From Mantamonas sphyraenae STR306 (taxonomy: Eukaryota; Protista; CRuMs), in NCBI GenBank assembly GCA_026936335.1, contig JAPMXV010000054.1, positions 310,001 through 374,000 on the forward strand: a DNA stretch of 64,000 nt, written 5' to 3'. The notes below the pieces were generated by a model. The model was not told the DNA's origin, did not search any database, and was given only the letters and a program-made list of their open reading frames with translations. Every line of letters begins with the position of its first letter. Within the stretch, counting starts at the first letter, position 1. Made by a program: the position numbers and the translations under genes. Positions 36,601 to 45,600 of the stretch are shown here, in pieces.

Positions 36601-39600
36601 GGCGAGCTCGGAAAGTACGGATGCGAAGGATGGTGTGTACACAGGAGCCAGGACCCAGTTTTCGCCTACGGCGGACCCAGCGTTGGCGCATGCGGAAAGT
36701 GCTTCGGTCCAGGTGAGACCCGGGGCACTGGTCTGCATGGGATGGATGCTGGAGCGCGTGGGGTTGATGTCGTTGGAGGTGACGAGTTCGAGGCCGTTGA
36801 GCGTGATGTCGACACTTGTGGGGATGGTGATGGGGTTGCGAGTGAACGAGGCCGTGACACATTTGGAGTAGGAGATGCTCACCGACACTGGGTTTGCGTT
36901 TGCCCCTGAGTATCTTGCAGTTCCGCCGTTGCCCTTGAGGGTGATAGTCCCTGGGATTTCCACGTGGGGCATCAGGGCAACCGTGCCTGCCCCTCCTCCA
37001 CCGCCTGTTCTCGTTGAAGCGAACGCCGCGAGGCCAGCAGAGCCCGAGACGTCGATGGAACCTGTTCCGGTTACGGTGGACTCGACGCTGAGAAAGAGGA
37101 GGCCTCCGCCGTTTCCGCCAGCTCCTCCAGCGCCGGTCTCTCGGTTGGTGCTCCCTCCGCCTCCACCAAACGTGAGGACCGTGGGAGAGAACGGCTTGAG
37201 TCCTTCCTCGACGGTTGTCCCATCGCCGTTATGGGTCCTGCTTGCGCCGCCTGCGCTGTCCCTCACCGACGTTGTGGTGGCGCCGCCGCCTCCCATACCG
37301 ATGCTATTCTGGTTGCCGGGATTTGCTACTGGGCGGCCGTACTGGGACTCGCCCGGGATGCCCTTGTCACCAATACTTTGTGGTGGAGCGCCTCCGCGGT
37401 AACCCTTGCCGAGGAGGTCGATCTTTGCGCCGGAGCCGCCCATGACGAGAGAGCTGGCGCGAATGACAACGATGCCGCCTGTGCTGCCATCCCAAGCGGG
37501 CGCTGTGACGACAACATTGTCTGGGATGGTGAGCTGGTTGTAGACGGCGGCACGGACGACCTGAGAGCCCTGAGCGGGGAAAAAGGAAAGAAGAGGGCGG
37601 TCGAGAGTGACGGTGTTGCCCGAGACGTTGAGGACGCGAGCAAATTGGTGAGAAGTTGTGACCGGTGTGGCAGCGGCGTTGGCAAAGGGGATGTTGCGCC
37701 GCTGCGTGGCGTGCACAAAGAGATAGTCCTTGGCGGTGAGGGGAGTGGTTGGAGTCTGGGCGAGGGTGATTTGGGTGGAGGTTGCGGCGGCGTCTGTGGC
37801 GAGGGTGTAGTACTCGTTGAGGACGTGTGTGCCTGCGCCGAGGGTGGCCGAGCTGTACAAGTGGAGGTCGCAGGGAAGCGGGTCGGAGAGGACGGGTCCA
37901 CGTATGGCGTGGCTGGCGATGCGTCCAACTGGAATGTTGGAGACCTGGACCTCGACCGAAGCGGTGTCTGCAACTTTGGCAATGGCGTCTGTGGGACAAT
38001 GGACGTGTGTCTTGTCGGAGAACCAGCCGTCGGAGGTGACTGCGCCTCCGTTGAAGAGGCATTTGACCTCGAGCTTGCGCTTGCACATGTACTTGCGACC
38101 AGCCTCCCAAGGAACGTCGTTCCACCGAATGCCCGGGAAGTTCCAGGTGTCGAGGGCTTGGACAAGTTCCTCTCCTCCAGCGTTGTTGGGTTCGGCGTTG
38201 TGCCAGGCCACGTACTCTGTGGGACTGCCGTCGATGTTGATCCAGTAGTGGCCGTGGTCTCTGTCCTGCTGGGCGTACTGGAAGCTGTCGTAGTCATTGT
38301 AAGAGTAAACCAAGTAGTCGTCTTGGATGTTGTGTACGGAAGCGACCATGGCTCCCGGAGTGTAGGCTGGACAGCCGGTCATCATGCCGTTGAGGTTTGT
38401 GCTCTGGCCGCCCTTGCTGGGAATGAAGCAGTCGCGCATGTTGCAGCCCCAGTACTTGTCGGTTTTAAGTCCGAGGTTGTTGATCTTGATCTTCATGGCC
38501 ATGGAGTTGGACGAGCCCTGGTCGAGGATGTCGATGCTCGTGCACTTGGCGCTGCCGAAGCGGACCCAGCCACCCGGTGCACCTGCGCCGCCCTTCCACG
38601 TCTGACCACCACTGCTTTGAACCGGACCACTCTGTGGCGCGTACAGGACGCGTGCAGCAATGTTGTTGTTGTTGTTGATGAAGGGCCCGTCGCCCTGGAT
38701 GAAAAAGGTGCCGCCGCCGCCGGCTCCGCCTGGGGCTCCAAATGGCACCGCTCCGTTGTCGCCGTTGTTGCCTCTGATGTCGACAAGGTTGCCAGTGGAG
38801 ATCACGTTGACGTGATCTGCGATGACGATGACGATGCCGCCTCCATGACCGCCACTGCCAGCGATCTTAGGATCGTAGAGTGTTGGCCCAAACGGCTGGA
38901 GATAAGTAGTGGGATGACCCTGACTCTTGTAGCCACCGGAACCACCCCCACTTCCAAACTGAAGGTTGAGCGGGCCGATGCGTCCGTATCCGCCTGTTGC
39001 GGAAATGCCGGGCTGTGGAGAGGTTCCGTCTGCGCCGTTGCCGTATCCACCGCCGCCTGCACCAGCAGACGCTGTGATTGAATCGGCTCTTCCGCCTGTG
39101 GGTCAAGTTGAGTGGTGGATGGGATGGGAGGGGGAAATTTGTGGGATTGAAGGGAGTGAGCCAGTCCGAGGATGCGTTTTGGATGGACGACGGAGGAGAT
39201 GAATAGGTTTGGGTCACAGGATAAGCAAAAAGGTGACCAGACTCTGGGTTGGGCTGGGATGAACGTACCGGAGCCACCACTGTTGCCTGGGTTGCCGAAT
39301 TCGCGGTTGAGGTACGTGCGCTGTCCATAGTTCCAGTTGGGGCCATTCTGCATGTTTAGGGACATGTAACCTTCTCCCATGCGACCGTATTGGAACGATG
39401 GCGGAGTGCCTGGTCCATATACTGTGCCCTGTCCTCCGCGGAAGCCCGTTCCTTTGGCGTCCAGTATGCCGTTCCAGTTGAATGTGCGGACATGGAGAAG
39501 GATGGTGCCACCACGGCCGTTCCCGTCCCTGGGTCATAGTGGGTGGGCGTGCGCGTGAAGGAGAATGTTCATAAGAGACAAGCCGAGGTGTGAGTGGGTT

Positions 39601-40417
39601 TGCGGTCCGACCAAAAATGTTTCTTAAAAGGGGAAAATGCGCGGTGGGGAAAATGGGTGCAAAGGAGATGGCCAAGGATCGGTTAAAATATTCGTGGATG
39701 AAAAGGTGACATGCGGTGAGGACGTACATGGCCTTGGCAGAGTATTTTGCGTTGAGGTTGAGCGTGCCGACGCGATGGAAGCGATGGATTCGACACTGGG
39801 CGTTCCCGTGGTGGTAGCAGTCGATGTTGCTGGGCATGTCCATGGTAACTGCGAGGTGGGAATTGACTGCAATGATCTTGCGCACCATGTAGGAGCGCAG
39901 GCGCTGCGGGTAGGGAGTGTCAGGCACGAAAAAAGGTAAGTTGCGCGGAACTTGCCAAACGTGGGCAGGCGGCTCTGTAGGCGACGGGCAAGAAGCAAGC
40001 AACGCACATATTTGTCGTCGTAGGGCGCACTGCCAAACTTAAACTGCTGGACGAGCACGATGTCGTTTACGCTGAAGGAATGGTTGGAGTTGAAGGTGAT
40101 TTGCGTGTGGCCGAGCTCCACCGAGTTGGAAAGGATGGAGTACTCGGGGAACTGGGTGTTTGCGTCGATGGTCTCAATGTTTGTTTCAAAGTCGTCGCAT
40201 GGAGTGTTGAACATGCGTCTGCCGTCCATGGCTGTTGAGAGCGACGGGCAGGAGGGGGAGTGTTGGAAAGCGTGGGTGTCAGCGATGTCCGAAAAAAGCA
40301 GCATCGCATTGAATGCACACAGGGGGCTCAAGGCTTGGGGTACGCACAGAACTGGGCCTGGGAAACGGCGCACAAGGCCATCAGCAATGCAAGGGCAATA
40401 TGAAGGTGCCGGAACAT
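18631..40417 (-). CDS. Giant (~7,064 aa) multipass cell-surface protein: signal peptide, 3x [AgmC-N-like Gly-rich module + IPT/TIG with nested C-type lectin], filamin repeats, SBBP beta-propeller, IPT/TIG, discoidin-like domain, Ig-like stalk, Cys-rich repeats, ~9 TM segments, acidic cytoplasmic tail
   Basis: Exons 40417-40348, 40231-40008, 39903-39728, 39528-39269 and 39095-18631 total 21,195 nt. All introns are GTRNGT...CAG and the phases join in frame with the 6,724-aa ORF. Signal peptide MFRHLHIALALLMALCAVSQAQ. Filamin motifs (QxRDxxGN...GSPF). TM motif YWWELVVLIRKIIIV...RPF...RLE. Confidence 0.85.
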
Positions 40418-40601
40418 TGCAGGGGTCAAGGTTTGGGGTGAGAAAAAGTTTTGTGTTTTGTTGGGGGGGGGGCAGCCTCGCGGGGGCGCCCCTCCAATCT
40501 GTGCATCATCCTTCGCAGCGGCTGCTGGAGCCCGATCGAGAAGAAGAGTCACTTCCAGACGAGCTGTACGAGCTGCTGCTTCGGGTCAAGGTGCTGCTGT
40601 C

Positions 40602-42521
40602 TCAACCCCAGAAACCCCCACCGGACCGGCTGGACGAAGAAGAGGAGGACGAAGAGGAGGACGAGGACCCGCTGCTGGAGGAGGTGCTGGTTGACGCGCT
40701 GCGGCTGCTGCTTCCTCCACCCCAGAAGCCTCCACCGCTGGATCGGCTGGTGGACGATGTGGTGGAGGACGAAGAAGTGGAGGATGTGGAACCGGTGCGG
40801 GAGGAGGTGCTGGTTGACGCGCTGCGGCTGCTGCTTCCTCCACCCCAGAAGCCTCCACCGCTGGATCGGCTGGTGGACGACGTAGTGGAGGACGAAGAAG
40901 TGGAGGAGGTGGAACCGGTGCGGGAAGAGGTGCTGGTTGACGCGCTGCGGCTGCTGCTGCCTCCACCCCAGAAGCCTCCACCGCTGGATCGGCTGGTGGA
41001 CGACGTAGTGGAGCTGCGAGTGGTGGAGCTTGTGCTACGTGCAGTGGGGGCACGACCGACGCTGGGAGTGCTTCTGCCACCTCCCCAGAAACCACCCGAC
41101 TTTGTGGACGAGGTGGAGGAGCCTGTGCGCGAGACGCGGCCGCTCTTTGCTGTCGGGGCACGGCCGACACTCGTGGTGGTGCGACTACCACCCCAGAAGC
41201 CACCCGACCGTGCGGACTTGGAGATGGACTTTGCGGTGGCCAGGCCTGCGTTGACACCGGCGGAGATTGGCCCGTAGCCGGGCAGGAAGCTCGTGGCGGC
41301 GCTGATGGCTGTGTTTTGGGTCACCTCCCTCATGCTGCCGCCCTGAAGGTGCGTACCAAGGGCTGTGCCGGCCATGCCGCCAAAGGTCATGCCAGCGGCA
41401 GTGCCGACACCAGGGACGACACTGCCGACGGCGCCACCGACGGCCGAACCGGCAATACCACCGTATGTGGCTGCGTTTTCCTTGACATGCTGGGCTGCTG
41501 CACCGACGGCGCTCTTGGCGCTGCCCCAGGCCCCGCGGGCCATGTCCCGAAGTCCAAAGTCGAGGTCTGCATCTTCGTCCTCGATCTCTTCCTCTTCGCC
41601 CGAGCCCAACGAGGCGATGGCCTCGACAGCGTCGGTGGCACGCTCGACACGACGTCCAACCGAGTCGGTGAAGCTCGGGTTGAGAAAGTCCAGCCCCTGG
41701 CGGGTCAGCTTGTTGGTCAGGCCGCGCAGGCCGTTCTTGGCCATCACATCCCACAGGTGGATGGCACGGTCGGCACGCTTGATCCTGCGACCAGCAATTT
41801 TGAGCAAGTGGCGCTTGGTTGGGTTTCCACTGGCCCGGAATCGGCGCTTGTACAGGTCGTAGCGGTTGCGAAGTCCGGCGCGAACATTACGCCATTGACG
41901 GACTGCATCCTCTGCTTTCTCGGCTGCGCGCATGTATCCGCGAAGTTCGCGGCGGTTGACGCGCTTCAGATGTCGGCTGCGAACCAGCTTGCCGCTGTGC
42001 GGGGGGGGATGATGGGAGGGGAAACCTCGGAAATTGTCAGCGAACGCGCTTTCCCTCTTTCCAACCGTACAGACGCCTGGGACATGGAAGAGCATGCGAT
42101 GCAAGCGCGATGGATGTTTCATCAATGTGGGATTGCACTGAGCACGGTGGCAAGGTGACTGTGCCAGCGGACATGGGTGTTCTGGGTGCGCAGCCACAGC
42201 ATGCGGCACCGGCGCCCATCGCTTGCGCTTGGTGTCTCACCATGCGAGAACTCACAAGAGACGGCGACGAGTGGAACGCCCTGGGATCTTGGCGTCCCGA
42301 CGGTGTCGGTGGCGGCGGTGGCGGTGCACACGACGGCTGCGCTCGTCGTCTTCCGAGTCGTCGACGTCCATGTCGTCCGTCTCGTCGGAGCGGTCGTCGT
42401 TGTCTGAGAAGGATGTCACGCCCGAGGAAACGTCGGCGTCGTCGGAGGAAGAGGCCGAGGAGGCAACCACGGCGATCACGAAGCTGGTCAACACCAGCGC
42501 GATGAGCACGGAGGGTCGCAT
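40602..42521 (-). CDS. Secreted precursor protein (~552 aa): signal peptide, acidic propiece, basic domain, glycine zipper, Ser/Thr-rich GGFWG repeats
   Basis: Exons 42521-42256 and 41994-40602; the GTGAGT...CAG intron is phase 2 and joins as RRRLF-GKLV. Signal peptide MRPSVLIALVLTSFVIAVVASS. Confidence 0.78.
40681..41012 (-). repeat. Coding tandem repeat, 123-bp (41-aa) unit, about 2.7 near-identical copies with degenerate flanking copies
   Basis: GAGGTGCTGGTTGACGCGCTG recurs at 40681, 40804 and 40927. The unit encodes SSGGGFWGGGSSSRSASTSTSSRTGSTSSTSSSSTTSSTSR. Confidence 0.92.
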
Positions 42522-42684
42522 GGTGTTTTTTGTGTGGCTGCTCATGGGAGGCAAAAACAACTGCACGTGCAAGGAAGTTGGTCAGTTCCACATTCCCCCC
42601 ACAGTGAAAACGGAACAAGGCCAAACAAAGATGGTGAGGGTGCATTTGCATGCAGGCACGGGGCTGCAAGGGACTGAAAGCAAG

Positions 42685-45600
42685 ATGATCCTGCTCGGCC
42701 TTCTCCTGCTGCTCCTTGGACGTCCTCTGCCTGTGAAAGCGGACTGGAGTATCCAGTACGGCACTATGGAGGGCGAAACCGCTTGGGACGTCGCGGTGGC
42801 GCCAAACAACGACATCGTCGTGGCCGGAACAACGGGCGGTCCGCTGTACGTCAACGCCTCTGTCGGTGGCGTCACAGACGGCTACGTGCAGAGGCGTACG
42901 GCCTTGGGCGACGTTATATGGACCCGGCAGCTTGGCAGCACAGACTACGACGACCTGACGGCTGTGGCAGTGTCACAAGCGGGCGAAGCCTACGCTGCAG
43001 GCTTTTCCCGCGGCAGTTTCCACGGCCAAAGTGTGGTCGGCGGCGAGGACATGGTCCTGGTGAAATTGTCCACGTCCGGCGTTGTGCTGTGGGCTCGGCA
43101 GTGGGGCTCAGTCGACAACGACCGAGCGCTTGGCGTTGCGGTCGGGCCGTCTGGCGCGGTGTACGTCGTCGGACGAAGCCTGCACTCGGTGGACGGGCAG
43201 ACTCGGTTCGGTCGCTTTGATGTGGTGGTCACCAAGTGGACTGCTGACGGAGACAAGGTGTGGACGCGGCAGTTTGGCACTCCGGAGAACGATGAGGGCA
43301 AAGCCATCGCCGTGAGTTCCGACGAAGAGATCCTGGTCACTGGGTTTGTCGGCGACTCCATCGACGGAGAGCCATTTGTTGGAGCCCCTGGTGCAAGCCC
43401 TGATTTATTCGTTGCGCGTTTTGCAGCCAACGGTGATCGACTCTGGACGAGGTTGTGGGGCGATTCGCAGCAGAACGCGGGCAATGACATCGCCGTCTCG
43501 GGCGATGTCGTTTACGTCGTGGGACAAACATACAGCGCATCAGGTACTGGGCTTTTTGACCCTTTCACACCAGACTCGGTCAGCTTGGCGTACACGGTCA
43601 ACGGGACACGACTGTGGTTCCGCAATTTCGCAACCCCTGTGCAGACAGATTACCCAACTGGAGTTGGAGTCCATGCTTCAGGTGACATTTTCGTATCGGG
43701 CGTCGTCAACACCCAGTTTGAATCCGCCATGGAAATGTACCTGGCCAGGTTCAGCACAAACGGCCATCTTCTCTGGAAGCGGGTCTGGGGAGCCAGCGCG
43801 GGTGATTACATAACAGGGTTGGACATCGCCCCATCAGGGCTCATTATGCTCTCTGGCTACACCCTGTCGTCGCTGGCACGTCCAGTGCAGGGGTCGTACG
43901 ACGCTTTGCTCACGCAGGTGAAGCCAGAATTGAATTGCACGCAGGAGGGCTCCTTCTCGGGAGACATCCTCAAGGTCCCTGGGCCCTACGAGGATGGCGT
44001 CAGTGTGTGCAAGCTGTGTCCCGTTGGTTCCTACGCGAACGCCAGCCACCGGACCACATGTTTCCCGTGTCCTCCAGGCAGCATCAGCCTGCTTCCTGGA
44101 CAGAGTGCTTGCAACATATCCTTGCCTGTTGTCACATCCATCAACTTGCATACCATGCCCGACACAGGTGGAACACATGTTGATCTCCGCGGAGGAAACC
44201 TGAACATCAGCACAATCCCCGTCTGGCGCGCTTCAGACGGCACCAAGCGTTCAGGTGTCAATTGCTCCTTCGTCACAGACACGCGCATGACGTGTGACAC
44301 GCCTCCATTCCCCAAACTGGGCACTGTGTCTGTCCTCATCGAGGACGAGCGGCTGCCCGACTATTTCGATTCTCCGACCATGGATGTGTACCGAGATGGG
44401 TTTGTTGGTCCCTCTCCACGCAGTGGACCAATCAAAGGTGGCACTTTGGTGTCTATTGCAGGCCAGGGCCTTTCGTCACGTGACGGGACACTTGCTGGCT
44501 GCCGGTTTGGCACGAATCCGGCGTCCAAGCTTGTCATCCAACCGTCGGCCATCGTGTGTACTTCGCCCATGGGTATCCCTACGGGTCGAGTCAACGTTTC
44601 GGTGTCACTGAATGGCCAGCAGTGGCACACGGTGGCCGATGGACGGTTTTGGTTCTACGAGGCGTCGCTGCGCGGTCTGTCCATCAACAGCGGCCTCACT
44701 ACAGGTGGCACACACGTCAGTATGCACACAGAGGGGATTGTGGATGCAGGCGACGTTCCCGTGATTCTGATGCGAGGAAACACCACAGGGACAATCGTGT
44801 CCGCCACACAGGTGGACATGGTGACGCCGCATGTGGACACACCCCTCTTCGCTCCGGGGTCCACCTTTTCCGTGTCTGTGCAACTGGCGCCCAACGGCCA
44901 GCAGTTCCTGGAAGCCAGCTTCCCGTTTGCACTGTACCCACCGCACGGTCTGGTGGGCGCCGTTCCCTTCACCATGCCCGTGTCCAGCCCGGGCATGGTC
45001 ACGCTCTCTCCGGACGACGACAAATCATTCAGCAACACAGGCAACAGCATCCGAGTGCGTTTTCGCTCGTCAGGAGGCAGCATTGTCACCGTCTCTGGCG
45101 AATATCGAAGCTCGACCTCCATCCGTGCGGCCGCACCCACGCTTGCGCCGGAACAAAGCGGAATGGGCGCGGTCTCCATTGCGCTCAATGGTCAACAGTG
45201 GAGTCCCTGGCGAGAGCTGACCCGCTTCCGTGTGGACAGCGTGGCGCCAGCGTGGAGCCCCAGCACAGGCGACACCGACGTCGTCGTCACGGGCCACGGC
45301 TTCAACAGCACGGGCATCAACCTGCTTTGTTCCTTTGACGGATTGCAATCCTCGGGCACATTCGTTTCATCGAGTCAGGTGCGATGCGTGACACCTCCCT
45401 CGCTGGCCCCGGGCGTCGTCGCCGTCGGTGTCAGCACCAACGGCGCCAACTTTGCAACATCCGCCTCTGCTTCCATCCAAATCTACGCCCCGCCGATCGT
45501 GTCGTCCATCGAGCCGACCAAAGCCACCCGCGGCCAGGCCACAAAAGTGACGATTTCAGGAAGCGGATTCGTCGACACTGGGCTCGCTGCCGTGCAATTC

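Noticed and set aside
21000-39081. Many long plus-strand ORFs opposite the giant gene (for example 26713-29250, 37231-39081)
   Set aside because: Expected antisense ORFs in GC-rich coding DNA; no recognisable domains.
38802-40373. Apparent frameshifts or pseudogene fragments upstream of the giant ORF
   Set aside because: Four canonical GT-AG introns with consistent phases explain them fully.
40681-41012. Possible CRISPR-like array
   Set aside because: The units are contiguous, in frame and have no unique spacers; no cas genes; eukaryotic context.
40060-41277. 405-aa plus-strand ORF with LLPPPQKPPP repeats
   Set aside because: Antisense shadow of the 123-bp coding repeat; it also overlaps exons of the giant gene.
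42223-42684. 154-aa N-terminal extension of the 1,822-aa ORF
   Set aside because: It overlaps exon 1 of the opposite-strand gene; a clear signal peptide starts at ATG 42685.
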